Positions 20,296-30,595 of a stretch of DNA of 64,000 nucleotides are shown here, one piece after another. The DNA lies in assembly GCA_035567075.1 (NCBI GenBank), contig DATMRC010000112.1:5805-69804 (forward strand). The letters run 5' to 3'. Numbering within the stretch: the stretch's first letter is position 1; every line of letters starts with the position of its first letter. The stretch is from Steroidobacteraceae bacterium (lineage in GTDB: Bacteria; Pseudomonadota; Gammaproteobacteria; Steroidobacterales; Steroidobacteraceae). The position numbers and the translations under genes are program-made. Below the pieces are notes generated by a model that saw nothing but the letters and a program-made list of their open reading frames with translations, searched no databases and had not been told where the DNA came from.

Positions 20296-21413
20296 GCGGC
20301 GCTCTCACAGGCCTCACAGGCCGCACGGGCGATGGCGGGCCGGTGCTCATCATGGCCGGGGGAACCGGCGGGCATGTTTTCCCGGCACTGGCGGTGGCCG
20401 ATGTGTTGCGCGCGCGCGGCGTCGCGGTGGTGTGGCTCGGCGTTCCCGGCAGCATGGAATCGCGCCTGGTGCCGGCGCATGGTTTTCCCATCGAGTGGGT
20501 CCGCGTCGCGGGAATTCGCGGCAAGGGCATGTTGACCTGGATGCTCGCGCCGCTGCGCATCTTGAGCGCCGTGGCGCAATCGATGGGCGTACTGCGTCGC
20601 GTTCGGCCGCGTTCCGTGCTGGGCGCCGGCGGCTATGTCAGCGGGCCCGGCGGCATCGCCGCGTGGCTGCTGCGCATACCCTTGCTCATCCACGAACAAA
20701 ACGCAATCGCCGGCTTGACCAATCGATGGCTGGCGCGACTGGCCACCCAGGTGTGGGAAGCATTTCCCAAAAGCTTCGCGCCTTCCGCGCATGCCCGCAC
20801 GATCGGCAATCCGGTGCGCGCGGACATCGCGGCACTGCCGCCGCCGGCACAGCGATTCGCGGGACGCGAATCCCAGGCCCGCCTGTTGGTATTCGGTGGC
20901 AGCCAGGGCGCGCAGCGCCTGAACGCGGCGCTGCCTGATGCGCTGGCACGCCTCGCTCCCGAGCAACGTCCGCTGGTGCGCCATCAGACCGGCGAACGGG
21001 GCCTCCGAGATACCCGCGCACGCTACGCCCAAGCGCAGGTCGAAGCCGACGTGGTGCCGTTCATCGACGACATGGCCAAGGCGTATGCATGGGCCGATCT
21101 TGCGGTGTGCCGCGCCGGGGCCATGACCGTCGCCGAACTGCAGGCCGCCGGCCTCGGCGCAATCTTCGTGCCGTTGAGTCTAGCCGCCGACGATCATCAG
21201 ACCAAAAATGCCGCGGTGATGGTGACAGCCGGCGCTGCGCGCATCATCCCGGAACATCATCTTACGCCGGAGCGTTTGAGCGCGGTGATTGCCGAGCTGA
21301 CCGGCAATCGCGCGTCGCTGCTGAAGATGGCCGACGCCGCCCGCGCACAGCGCGTCATCGATGCGGCGACGCGGCTTGCGGATCAGTGCATCGCCGCCGG
21401 AGCGCGCGCATGA
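20292..21413 (+). CDS. murG: UDP-GlcNAc:lipid I N-acetylglucosaminyltransferase
   Basis: ATG 20292 overlaps the ftsW stop. [14 protein letters not shown] motif. The listed ORF start 20010 is inside ftsW. Confidence 0.93.
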   Translation: MSGALTGLTGRTGDGGPVLIMAGGTGGHVFPALAVADVLRARGVAVVWLGVPGSMESRLVPAHGFPIEWVRVAGIRGKGMLTWMLAPLRILSAVAQSMGVLRRVRPRSVLGAGGYVSGPGGIAAWLLRIPLLIHEQNAIAGLTNRWLARLATQVWEAFPKSFAPSAHARTIGNPVRADIAALPPPAQRFAGRESQARLLVFGGSQGAQRLNAALPDALARLAPEQRPLVRHQTGERGLRDTRARYAQAQVEADVVPFIDDMAKAYAWADLAVCRAGAMTVAELQAAGLGAIFVPLSLAADDHQTKNAAVMVTAGAARIIPEHHLTPERLSAVIAELTGNRASLLKMADAARAQRVIDAATRLADQCIAAGARA

Positions 21414-22855
21414 CCGAACGCAGGCGCACATCCGAACGCCGGCGCATGAGTGATCGCATGGGGCGCATTCAGTGCGTTCACCTGGTCGGCATCGGCGGCA
21501 GCGGCATGGGGGGAATTGCCGAGGTGCTGCTCAATCTCGGCTACAAGGTTCAGGGATCGGATCTCAAGGCCAACGCGGTGACCGAGCGCCTGGCGCGGCT
21601 GGGCGCGACAATTTTCATCGGCCACAGCGAATCGAATCTCGGCGCGGCGGACGTCGTGGTGGTATCGAGCGCAGTCGGCCGCGCCAACCCCGAGGTCGCA
21701 AGCGCCCTGGCGAAGCGCATCCCCGTGGTCGCGCGCGCGGAAATGCTGGGCGAATTGATGCGCTTTCGCTATTCGATCGCGGTGGCGGGAACGCACGGCA
21801 AGACCACGACCACGAGCCTGGTGGCCAGCGTGCTCGCCGAGGCCGGACTCGATCCGACATTCGTCATCGGCGGGCGTCTGAAGAGCGCCGACAGCAATGC
21901 ACGGCTCGGCGCTGGCCGATATCTGGTGGCCGAGGCCGACGAAAGCGACGCCTCGTTCATGCATCTGCAGCCGATGATTGCCATCGTCACGAATATCGAC
22001 AACGATCATCTGGCCACCCACGACGGCGATTTCGCCCGCCTCAAGCAAAGTTTCGTTGATTTCCTGCACAACCTGCCGTTCTACGGGCTCGCGGTGCTGT
22101 GCGCGGAGGACGAGCATGTCCGCGGCATTCTGGAGAGCGTCGCCAGACCCTTTGTGACTTACGGATTCGGCGAGGGCGCGGACATACGCGCGGTCAACGT
22201 CCAGCGCATGGGACTCAAGTCCCGCTACGAGGCGCTGCGCAGCGGCCGCGAGCCGCTCAAGGTGACCATCAATCTGCCGGGCCGCCACAACGTTCTGAAC
22301 TCACTGGCGGCGCTGGCCGTGGCCACCGAACTCGATGTGCCCGACGCGGCGATCCAGCGCGCGCTTGCCAATTTCCAAGGCATCGACCGGCGGTTGCAGC
22401 AGCTGGGTGAGATTCACTGGGCGGGCGGCAGCGCGCTGATCGTCGATGACTACGGCCATCATCCCACCGAAGTGGCCGCGACCCTCGAAGCGGTGCGTCA
22501 AGCGTGGCCGAAGCGGCGCCTGCTGCTGGCCTTTCAGCCGCATCGATACACGCGCACCCGGGATTTGCTGGACGACTTCGGCCGGACCTTAAGCGAATGC
22601 GATGTGCTGCTGGTCACCGAAGTCTACGCAGCCGGAGAAGCGCCGATTGCCGGCGCCGATGGACGCGCCATCTGCCGCGCGGTGCGCACGCGCGGGCTCA
22701 CCGAGCCGGTGTTCGTCGAGCGCGTCGAAGACCTCGCCGAATCGCTGCGCGGCGTATTGCGTGACGGCGACGTGGTGCTGACCATGGGCGCCGGCAACAT
22801 CGGCACAGTGGCCCAGGAACTGAAAAGCCGCTTCGCGGCGGGGGCCGCGGCATGA
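21410..22855 (+). CDS. murC: UDP-N-acetylmuramate--L-alanine ligase
   Basis: ATG 21410 overlaps the murG stop. [18 protein letters not shown] and GTHGKTTT motifs. In-frame ATGs at 21446 and 21458 are alternative starts. Confidence 0.9.
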   Translation: MTERRRTSERRRMSDRMGRIQCVHLVGIGGSGMGGIAEVLLNLGYKVQGSDLKANAVTERLARLGATIFIGHSESNLGAADVVVVSSAVGRANPEVASALAKRIPVVARAEMLGELMRFRYSIAVAGTHGKTTTTSLVASVLAEAGLDPTFVIGGRLKSADSNARLGAGRYLVAEADESDASFMHLQPMIAIVTNIDNDHLATHDGDFARLKQSFVDFLHNLPFYGLAVLCAEDEHVRGILESVARPFVTYGFGEGADIRAVNVQRMGLKSRYEALRSGREPLKVTINLPGRHNVLNSLAALAVATELDVPDAAIQRALANFQGIDRRLQQLGEIHWAGGSALIVDDYGHHPTEVAATLEAVRQAWPKRRLLLAFQPHRYTRTRDLLDDFGRTLSECDVLLVTEVYAAGEAPIAGADGRAICRAVRTRGLTEPVFVERVEDLAESLRGVLRDGDVVLTMGAGNIGTVAQELKSRFAAGAAA

Positions 22856-23757
22856 GCGCGCAGCGTTTCGTGGAGCTGGCACCGGAATTCAGCGCCCGGG
22901 TGCTGCGCGACGTGTCCATGGCCAAGCACACTTCCTGGCACGCGGGAGGCCCGGCCGATCTTCTTTTCACGCCCCGCGACATCATGGATCTCGCCTCCTT
23001 CATGCGCCAGTTGCCCGCGGTGGTGCCGGTGCTGTGGATCGGCCTCGGCAGCAATCTGCTGGTGCGTGATGGTGGAATCCGCGGCGCGGTGGTGTCCACG
23101 CATGGCGCGCTGGGAGCGCTCGAGCGCCACAGCGCCAGCCGCATCCGCGCCGAAGCCGGCGTGCCCTGTGCGCGCGTCGCCCGCCAGTGCGTGAAATGGG
23201 GTTTGGGGCCGGCGGAATTCTTTGCCGGCATCCCCGGTACCCTTGGCGGCGCACTGGCGATGAATGCCGGTGCCTGGGGCGGCGAAACCTGGCGGCACGT
23301 GGTCGAGGTGGAAGTGATCGATCGGCGCGGCCTGCGCCACACCCGCACCCCGGCCGAATACACGATCGGCTATCGGCGCGTGGAAGGCCCCGCCGACGAA
23401 TGGTTCATCGGCGCGCGGCTGGAGTTCGAACGCAAGCCGGGCGTCAACAGCGACGCCATTCGCGAGCTGCTCGACAAGCGCCGCGAGACGCAGCCCATCG
23501 GTGAGTGGAGCTGCGGATCGGTGTTCACCAATCCGCCCAATGAGCACGCGGCGCGATTGATCGAGAGCGCGGGCCTGAAGGGCTTTCGCATCGGCGATGC
23601 CTCGGTGTCGGAGAAGCACGCCAACTTCATCATCAATCATGGCTCGGCGCGCGCCGCCGACATCGAAGCATTGATCGTGCACGTGCAAAAAACGGTCGCA
23701 AAATTGAGCGGCATCGAGCTCGCCACCGAAGTGCGCATCGTCGGAGACCCGGCATGA
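22852..23757 (+). CDS. murB: UDP-N-acetylenolpyruvoylglucosamine reductase
   Basis: FAD-binding PCMH-type domain (GLGSNLLV) and a C-terminal GSVFTNP motif. ATGA overlap with murC. Confidence 0.92.
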   Translation: MSAQRFVELAPEFSARVLRDVSMAKHTSWHAGGPADLLFTPRDIMDLASFMRQLPAVVPVLWIGLGSNLLVRDGGIRGAVVSTHGALGALERHSASRIRAEAGVPCARVARQCVKWGLGPAEFFAGIPGTLGGALAMNAGAWGGETWRHVVEVEVIDRRGLRHTRTPAEYTIGYRRVEGPADEWFIGARLEFERKPGVNSDAIRELLDKRRETQPIGEWSCGSVFTNPPNEHAARLIESAGLKGFRIGDASVSEKHANFIINHGSARAADIEALIVHVQKTVAKLSGIELATEVRIVGDPA

Positions 23758-24722
23758 GCCTGCTTGCCACGCAATCGGGCCTGCGCCGCGCCGCCACTCC
23801 CGCGGACTTCGGCAAGACCGCGGTGTTGCTCGGCGGAGATTCGAGCGAGCGCGAAATTTCGCTGCTGAGCGGCAACGCAGTGCTGGCCGCGCTCAAGCGC
23901 CGCGGCATCGATGCGCATGCATTCGATCCCCTGCAGCGCCCGGTGCAGGCCCTGGTCAGCGAGGGATTCGCGCGCGTCTGGATCGCATTGCACGGCCCGG
24001 GGGGTGAGGATGGCGCCATGCAGGGCGCGCTCGAATGGCTGGGCGTGCCTTACTCCGGCAGCGGCGTGCTGGCCTGCGCGTTGACCATGGATAAGCTCAA
24101 GACCAAGCGCGTGGTGGTGGGTGCAGGCCATGCCGCTCCGGAATACGCCGTGCTCGCGGAGCCTAAGGATCTCGAGGCCGCGCTCAAGCGCATTGGTCTG
24201 CCGATGATGGTGAAGCCGGCCTCGCAAGGCTCGAGCGTCGGCATGACCAAGGTCAAATCCGCCGCCGAACTGCCGGGCGCCTACGCCGAGGCTCGCGCCG
24301 TCGACCCGGTTGTGTTCGCGGAACGCTTCATTGCCGGCGATGAATTCACCGTGAGCATATTGCAAGACATCGCTCTGCCCTCGATCCGGATTCAGCCGGC
24401 GACCGAGTTCTATGATTATCAGGCGAAGTATTTCCGCGACGACACGCAGTATTTCTGCCCCGGGGGCTTGAGCGACACGGATGAAGCCGCGCTCAAAGCC
24501 GCGGCGCTCGCGGCATTCACGGTCACCGATTGCTACGGTTGGGGACGCGTGGACTTCATGCGCGACCGCGCCAGCGGAAAATTCTACTTCATCGAGATCA
24601 ACACCGTGCCGGGCATGACGAGCCATAGTTTGGTGCCGATGGCGGCGCGCCAGGCCGGCTACGACTTCGAGGAGCTGGTGTGGCGGGTGCTCGAAACCAG
24701 TTTCTCAAGGGAGCGCAAATGA
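23754..24722 (+). CDS. ddl: D-alanine--D-alanine ligase
   Basis: ATP-grasp enzyme (LHGPGGEDGAMQGALE, GSSVGM, EINTVPGMT). dcw position. Confidence 0.93.
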   Translation: MSLLATQSGLRRAATPADFGKTAVLLGGDSSEREISLLSGNAVLAALKRRGIDAHAFDPLQRPVQALVSEGFARVWIALHGPGGEDGAMQGALEWLGVPYSGSGVLACALTMDKLKTKRVVVGAGHAAPEYAVLAEPKDLEAALKRIGLPMMVKPASQGSSVGMTKVKSAAELPGAYAEARAVDPVVFAERFIAGDEFTVSILQDIALPSIRIQPATEFYDYQAKYFRDDTQYFCPGGLSDTDEAALKAAALAAFTVTDCYGWGRVDFMRDRASGKFYFIEINTVPGMTSHSLVPMAARQAGYDFEELVWRVLETSFSRERK

Positions 24723-25528
24723 GCTTGAGCATTCGCCGCAATCGATTCAAGAACCCACCGGCTGCGAGGAGTCCGCGCACCTGGCCGAAGTTCGTGACCG
24801 AGTGGCGCATCCACGTAAGGCGTGGCGCGCTGCTGCTTCTGTTGACGGGAGCCTTGAGCATTCTGATCTGGGCGCTCGACCGTCCAGTGCGGGTGATATC
24901 GATGGATGGCAGCTTTCAGCGGGTTTCCCCCGGTCAGATCGAGAAGGCGGTGGCTGCGTACGCTCACGCCGGATTCATGTCCGCGAACCTAGGCGACATT
25001 CAGCGCGCCGTCGAGGCCTTGCCCTGGGTGGACCATGCGCGCATCGCACGTCGCTGGCCGAACAGTTTGCATGTTGCGGTGACCGAACAGACCGCGGCGG
25101 CGCGCTGGGGCGAGTCCGGTCTCTTGAACACCCGCGGCGAGTTGTTCGTGAGGTCCGCAGCGCATGTGCCCGCGGAGTTGCCGCGCCTGAACGGACCTGA
25201 AGGCTCGGAGGCGCAGGTGGCGCAGCGCTATTTGTCTGCTCAGGGGCGGATGCTCGAAGCCGGCATGCGAATCGCGGCGCTGCGCCTGGATGAACGCGGC
25301 GCCTGGGAAATGGATCTGGACAGCGGCGTCACGGTGCGCTTGGGAAGGCGCGAGGTGGACGAGCGCATCGAGCGCTTCATCCGCACCGCATCCCAGGTCA
25401 TCGCGCATCGCATGACGGAGATCAATTACGTGGACATGCGCTACTCCAACGGCTTCGCCATTGGTTGGCGCAACCCCGGGTCGAGCGCTCCGGGTGCCCT
25501 CAAACATTCCGACGACACCGACGCCTAG
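24719..25528 (+). CDS. ftsQ: Cell division protein FtsQ
   Basis: ATG 24719 overlaps the ddl stop. One TM segment followed by POTRA/FtsQ-type domains. dcw position. Confidence 0.88.
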   Translation: MSLSIRRNRFKNPPAARSPRTWPKFVTEWRIHVRRGALLLLLTGALSILIWALDRPVRVISMDGSFQRVSPGQIEKAVAAYAHAGFMSANLGDIQRAVEALPWVDHARIARRWPNSLHVAVTEQTAAARWGESGLLNTRGELFVRSAAHVPAELPRLNGPEGSEAQVAQRYLSAQGRMLEAGMRIAALRLDERGAWEMDLDSGVTVRLGRREVDERIERFIRTASQVIAHRMTEINYVDMRYSNGFAIGWRNPGSSAPGALKHSDDTDA

Positions 25529-25545
25529 AGGAAACCTTCAAGATC

Positions 25546-26784
25546 ATGGCCAAGCGTTCTGATCGGCATTTATTGGTGGGCCTGGACATCGGCACCAGCA
25601 AAGTGGTCGCCATCGTCGGCGAAATCAAGGCCGACGGAGCGCTCGAGATCATCGGCATCGGCAGCCATCCGTCGCGCGGCCTGAAGAAGGGCGTGGTGGT
25701 GAACATCGAATCCACGGTGCAGTCGATTCAACGCGCGGTGGAGGAGGCGGAGTTGATGGCCGGTTGCGAAATTCATTCGGTGTATGCCGGCATCGCCGGC
25801 AGCCACGTGCGCAGCCTCAACTCACACGGCATCGTCGCAATCAAGGACAAAGAGGTGGTGCAGGGTGATGTCGAACGCGTGATCGACGCCGCCAAAGCGG
25901 TCGCCATCCCGGCCGATCAGAAGATCCTGCACGTGCTGCCGCAGGAATACATCATCGATTCGCAGGAGGGCATCCGCGATCCCATCGGCATGTCGGGCGT
26001 GCGGCTGGAGGCGAAAGTCCACATCGTCACCGGTGCCGACAGCGCGGCGCAGAACATCGTCAAGTGCGTGCAGCGCTGCGGACTCAGCGTGGACGACATC
26101 GTGCTCGAGCAGCTGGCCTCGAGTTACGCCGTGCTCACCGAGGATGAAAAGGATCTCGGCGTGTGCGTGGTCGACATCGGCGGCGGCACCACCGACATCG
26201 CCGTCTTCGGCGGCGGCGCGATCCGCCACACCGCGGTGATACCGATTGCCGGCGATCAGATCACCAACGACATCGCCGTGTCCATGCGCACCCCCACGCA
26301 ATACGCGGAGGACATCAAGATCAAGTACGCCTGTGCCTTGTCGCAGCTGGCGAATCCCGACGAAACCATCGAGGTGCCGAGCGTCGGCGACCGGCCGCCG
26401 CGCCGCCTCGCGCGCCAGACGCTCGCCGAGATCGTGGAGCCTAGGTACGAGGAATTGTTCGGGCTGATCCGCGATGAGATTCGCCGCGCCGGATTGGAGG
26501 AGCAGGTGGCCACCGGCATCGTGCTCACCGGCGGCAGCGCAAAAATGGAGGGCGCCATCGAACTCGCCGAAGAAGTGTTTCACATGCCGGTGAGGCTCGG
26601 CGTGCCGCAATACGTGAGCGGACTCGCCGAGGTGGTGAGCAATCCCATTCATGCCACCGGCGTCGGCCTGCTGCTGTACGCGAAGAGCAATCTCGAAGTT
26701 GAGCGCACCGGCGCACCGCTGCTCGCGGGCGGCGTGAAGAGTGTGTTTGAGCGGATGAAGGCTTGGTTCCAAGGCAATTTTTGA
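25546..26784 (+). CDS. ftsA: Cell division protein FtsA
   Basis: LLVGLDIGTSKVVAIVGE actin-like ATPase start; VVDIGGGTTDIAVF phosphate-2 motif. The listed ORF start 25465 is inside ftsQ. Confidence 0.94.
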   Translation: MAKRSDRHLLVGLDIGTSKVVAIVGEIKADGALEIIGIGSHPSRGLKKGVVVNIESTVQSIQRAVEEAELMAGCEIHSVYAGIAGSHVRSLNSHGIVAIKDKEVVQGDVERVIDAAKAVAIPADQKILHVLPQEYIIDSQEGIRDPIGMSGVRLEAKVHIVTGADSAAQNIVKCVQRCGLSVDDIVLEQLASSYAVLTEDEKDLGVCVVDIGGGTTDIAVFGGGAIRHTAVIPIAGDQITNDIAVSMRTPTQYAEDIKIKYACALSQLANPDETIEVPSVGDRPPRRLARQTLAEIVEPRYEELFGLIRDEIRRAGLEEQVATGIVLTGGSAKMEGAIELAEEVFHMPVRLGVPQYVSGLAEVVSNPIHATGVGLLLYAKSNLEVERTGAPLLAGGVKSVFERMKAWFQGNF

Positions 26785-26821
26785 CAGCTGATTTGCAATA
26801 ACTAATTGAAGGAGTACTGGA

Positions 26822-28000
26822 ATGTTCGAACTCATGGACTCGTATAGCCAAAGCGCCATCATCAAGGTGCTGGGCGTGGGCGGCGGCGGCGGTAATGCCG
26901 TCTCGCACATGGTCCAGGCCGGACTCGAGGGCGTGGATTTCATATGTATCAACACCGACGCGCAGGCGCTGAAGCACTCCAAGGTGCGCACCGCGCTGCA
27001 GATCGGCTGCAACATCACCAAGGGTTTGGGCGCGGGCGCCGATCCCGAAGTGGGCCGCCAGGCGGCGATGGAGGATCGTGATCGCATCATCGAACTCATC
27101 GAAGGATGCGACATGCTGTTCATCACCGCCGGCATGGGCGGCGGCACCGGCACCGGCGCGGCGCCGGTGGTGGCGCAGGTTGCCAAGGAACTGGGGATAC
27201 TAACCGTCGCGGTGGTGACCAAGCCCTTCGAGATGGAAGGCAACAAGCGCTCGCGCGTGGCCGATCAGGGCATGCTGGAATTATCCAAGTACGTGGACTC
27301 GCTGATCACGATCCCGAATCAAAAACTGCTGTCGGTGTTGGGCAGCAGCACCACGCTGCTCGATGCCTTCAAGGCGGCGAACACCGTGTTGCAAGGTGCG
27401 GTACAGGGGATCGCGGAACTGATCACCCGGCCGGGACTGATCAATGTCGATTTTGCCGATGTGCGCACCGTGATGTCGGAAACCGGCATGGCCATGATGG
27501 GTTCGGGCACCGCCTCCGGCGACGATCGGGCGCGCGAAGCGGCCGAGGCGGCGATTTCCAGCCCGCTGCTCGAGGACATCAATCTCTCGGGCGCGCAGGG
27601 CATCTTGGTGAATGTCACCGCCGGCATGGATTTGTCGATCGGCGAATTCCAGGAGGTGGGCAATGTCATCAAGCAATTTGCCTCGGACGATGCCACGGTG
27701 GTGGTCGGCACGGTGATCGATCCGGAGATGACCAGTCAGATCAGGGTCACCGTGGTTGCGACGGGTCTCGGCAAGCCCCTGGCGCGCGTGGCTCCGCAGC
27801 CGGTGGCCGCCGCCTCCATCGCACCTCCGCTCACCATGCGCATGGTGCGACCCAAATCATCGATGGGGCCCACCGACTATGCCATGCTCGATAAGCCGAC
27901 TGTGCAGAGGCAGCGTGCCGTAGGCGATGGTCTGCGGGCCGAATCGGGAAGCGAGGATTTGCTCGATATACCAGCCTTTTTGCGGAGACAGGCGGATTAA
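26822..28000 (+). CDS. ftsZ: Cell division GTPase FtsZ
   Basis: GVGGGGGNAV, the tubulin signature GGGTGTGAAPV, NQKLL, and the C-terminal DIPAFLRRQAD peptide. Confidence 0.97.
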   Translation: MFELMDSYSQSAIIKVLGVGGGGGNAVSHMVQAGLEGVDFICINTDAQALKHSKVRTALQIGCNITKGLGAGADPEVGRQAAMEDRDRIIELIEGCDMLFITAGMGGGTGTGAAPVVAQVAKELGILTVAVVTKPFEMEGNKRSRVADQGMLELSKYVDSLITIPNQKLLSVLGSSTTLLDAFKAANTVLQGAVQGIAELITRPGLINVDFADVRTVMSETGMAMMGSGTASGDDRAREAAEAAISSPLLEDINLSGAQGILVNVTAGMDLSIGEFQEVGNVIKQFASDDATVVVGTVIDPEMTSQIRVTVVATGLGKPLARVAPQPVAAASIAPPLTMRMVRPKSSMGPTDYAMLDKPTVQRQRAVGDGLRAESGSEDLLDIPAFLRRQAD

Positions 28001-28025
28001 CCAGCGGTTCGACATTCCAGACATT

Positions 28026-28066
28026 GGCGCCCTTGAGTCAAGAAATCTTAAGGGCGCCGGTTTTGG
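28026..28066 (+). terminator. Terminator/attenuator-like hairpin after ftsZ
   Basis: GGCGCCCTT-(15 nt)-AAGGGCGCC, a 9-bp GC-rich stem, followed by GGTTTTGGG. Lies 26 nt after the ftsZ stop. Confidence 0.5.
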
Positions 28067-28156
28067 GTTGTGGAATAGCCACACCGGTCTTAAAGGTGCC
28101 AACCGAGGCGCGACGCTGTGGTACCTTTGGCACCTGACTTTAGTCCGGTTAACTTA

Positions 28157-29071
28157 ATGCTGAATCAGAGAACACTTAAGAATTCGATCCGAGCCACGGG
28201 AGTGGGGCTGCACACGGGCAAGAAGGTCCTCATGACCCTGCGGCCGGCGTTGCCCGATACCGGCATCGTCTTTCGCCGCACGGATTTGGATCAGCCGATC
28301 GACATTCGAGCGCACGCCGAGAATGTCGGCGACACCATGATGGGCACCACCCTGCACAAGGGCGAGGTCAAGGTTTCCACCGTCGAGCATCTGCTCTCCG
28401 CCCTCGCGGGATTGGGCATTGACAATGCGCTGGTGGAAGTCACTTCCGGCGAAGTGCCGATCATGGATGGCAGCGCCGGACCGTTCGTGTTCCTGCTGCA
28501 ATCGGCTGGAATCGAGGAGCAAAAGGCACCCAAGCGTTTTATTCGCATTCTCGAAAGCCTGCAGGTCGAGGACGGCGACAAATGGGCGCGCTTTGATCCC
28601 TATGACGGCTTCAAAGTGAATTTCGAAATTGTGTTCAATCACCCGACCTTCAAGAAGCATTCGCAAGTCGCGTCCATGGATTTCTCCACCACGTCATTTT
28701 TGCGCGAAATCAGCCGCGCGCGCACCTTTGGATTCATGCGCGAGCTGGAGAGTCTGCGCGCGCGCAATCTGGCGCTCGGCGGCAATATGGACAATGCCAT
28801 CGTGCTCGATGATTACCGGGTCCTGAATGAAGATGGCTTGCGCTACGAAGATGAATTCGTGAAGCACAAGATTCTGGATGCCATCGGCGACTTGTACCTT
28901 TTAGGGCACAGCCTGATCGGCGAATTCAGCGGCTTCAAATCGGGACATGCGCTCAACAACAAATTGCTGCGCAGCCTCATCAACACGCAGAGCGCATGGC
29001 AGGAAGTGACTTTCGAAAGTTTGGCCGACGCGCCGATTTCCTATGTGGCGGCCGCCGCCGCGCACGCCTGA
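28157..29071 (+). CDS. lpxC: UDP-3-O-acyl-N-acetylglucosamine deacetylase
   Basis: [24 protein letters not shown] is the canonical LpxC start; the [10 protein letters not shown] motif is present. The listed ORF start 28118 adds 13 non-conserved codons. Confidence 0.95.
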   Translation: MLNQRTLKNSIRATGVGLHTGKKVLMTLRPALPDTGIVFRRTDLDQPIDIRAHAENVGDTMMGTTLHKGEVKVSTVEHLLSALAGLGIDNALVEVTSGEVPIMDGSAGPFVFLLQSAGIEEQKAPKRFIRILESLQVEDGDKWARFDPYDGFKVNFEIVFNHPTFKKHSQVASMDFSTTSFLREISRARTFGFMRELESLRARNLALGGNMDNAIVLDDYRVLNEDGLRYEDEFVKHKILDAIGDLYLLGHSLIGEFSGFKSGHALNNKLLRSLINTQSAWQEVTFESLADAPISYVAAAAAHA

Positions 29072-29082
29072 TTGCCCACCGG

Positions 29083-29406
29083 CTAGTCCTTGTCCGGGGG
29101 CGGGACGACCCGTATGCGGATCGTCTGAATTGCAGTTCCTGAGGAGCCCGCCAGCCGCGTGCGGATGACTTCGGTCGAGTAGCGCAGCCGTGACGCCCAT
29201 TGGGCTCCCACGACGCCGATGGTCAAGCGGCCCTGCTCCAAGCCCGCGCTCACCACCGCATCTTGAAGCTTCGGAGGAAGGGCCGCGCGAACCTGCGCCA
29301 GCACCTGCGATCGTTCGGAAGAGCGTACATTAAGTAATGAAAGCCGCTTGCCACCTCTTGCTAGTAACTCGCTGAGACTCTTAGGTTTTTGCATTGCAGC
29401 AGCCAT
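29083..29406 (-). CDS. DUF721/DciA-like small protein
   Basis: 107 aa. The GRLTIGVVGAQWASRLRYSTEVIRTRL pattern resembles DUF721. It sits in the lpxC / M23 peptidase / secA neighbourhood where such genes occur in pseudomonads and relatives. Confidence 0.55.
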   Translation of the reverse strand: MAAAMQKPKSLSELLARGGKRLSLLNVRSSERSQVLAQVRAALPPKLQDAVVSAGLEQGRLTIGVVGAQWASRLRYSTEVIRTRLAGSSGTAIQTIRIRVVPPPDKD

Positions 29407-29576
29407 TTAGGGCTCGGATTGACATGGGAAAACCGTGCGGAAATCCTTGTTTTGAGTAAGTTTTCTGCATAGTCTACCCTTACCGCTCCGGGGCATACTC
29501 GATATACAGGGATGACGCTTAGTACGCGCAGGCCACCGGTTCTTAGCATGATGAAAGCGTTGGAAGTTCAAGCTGT

Positions 29577-30497
29577 ATGAATGTCATTCTTGTCGGCCGC
29601 AAGTCGGGCCGGGTGAAACAATTTGACCTGCACCACCCGGTAGTCCTATCGGTGGCTGCTCTCTTGGTACTTGGAATCCTCGGCACTGCGTTCTCCATCG
29701 GCATGGGACTTGGCGCCCGCCATGTTGCCAATCCCATTGATCAGCTGGGTAATTGGTCGGCTGAACTCATCAAGCAGAAAGGCCAGATCGAGGACACCAA
29801 GCGCGTCCTGCAGGAAAAGGTCAACGCGCTGGCCATGCGAGTCGGGCAGATGAACGCCAATGTGATTCGCCTGGACGCCCTCGGTAAGCGCTTGACCCGT
29901 ATGGCAAATTTGGATGACGGGGAGTTCGATTTCGGCCATCCGCCGGCCATTGGCGGCGCCGAGAACGCGGACGGCCAGCCCGCCCAGATTCCAGACCTTA
30001 CGGCCATGGTCGACGATTTACAGTCACAGCTCTCGAGCCGCGAGCAGCAATTGGGCGTGCTCGAAAACATGATCCTGAGCCGCGAATTGAATAAACAGGT
30101 CTACCCCGAGGGGCGGCCCGTTCAGGAGGGCTGGATCTCCTCGTATTTCGGCCGCCGGGCGGACCCGTTCACCGGCTATTCGGCGGTACATAAGGGTCTG
30201 GACTTCGCGGGACCCGAAGGCACCAAGGTCACGGCCGTGGCGGCGGGCCTTGTGACCTATGCCGGCGATCGCTCGGGTTATGGGGTGATGGTTGAAATCA
30301 ACCATGGCAACGGCTTATCCACCCGCTACTGCCACAACGAGCAGCTGTTGGTAAAGTCGGGCGACATGGTGCGCAAGGGCCAGGACCTGGCGCTGATGGG
30401 ATCCACCGGACGATCCACCGGTCCCCACTTGCACTTCGAAGTCTTGAAAAACGGCGTTCAGGTCGACCCCCTGCGCTTCGTCGGCGAGGATCGTTAG
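29577..30497 (+). CDS. M23-family metallopeptidase (murein DD-endopeptidase / EnvC-like)
   Basis: N-terminal TM segment, a coiled-coil, and the C-terminal LytM motifs HKGLDFA and GSTGRSTGPHLHFEV. Confidence 0.9.
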   Translation: MNVILVGRKSGRVKQFDLHHPVVLSVAALLVLGILGTAFSIGMGLGARHVANPIDQLGNWSAELIKQKGQIEDTKRVLQEKVNALAMRVGQMNANVIRLDALGKRLTRMANLDDGEFDFGHPPAIGGAENADGQPAQIPDLTAMVDDLQSQLSSREQQLGVLENMILSRELNKQVYPEGRPVQEGWISSYFGRRADPFTGYSAVHKGLDFAGPEGTKVTAVAAGLVTYAGDRSGYGVMVEINHGNGLSTRYCHNEQLLVKSGDMVRKGQDLALMGSTGRSTGPHLHFEVLKNGVQVDPLRFVGEDR

Positions 30498-30595
30498 TCC
30501 GCTAGGTTCCGCCGTGGGCAGGCCTCACGGCGAAACGATTTCCCGCGATTCCGGTCTATCCGTACAATACCCAGTTTTCTCAAGGACTCCCTCGC

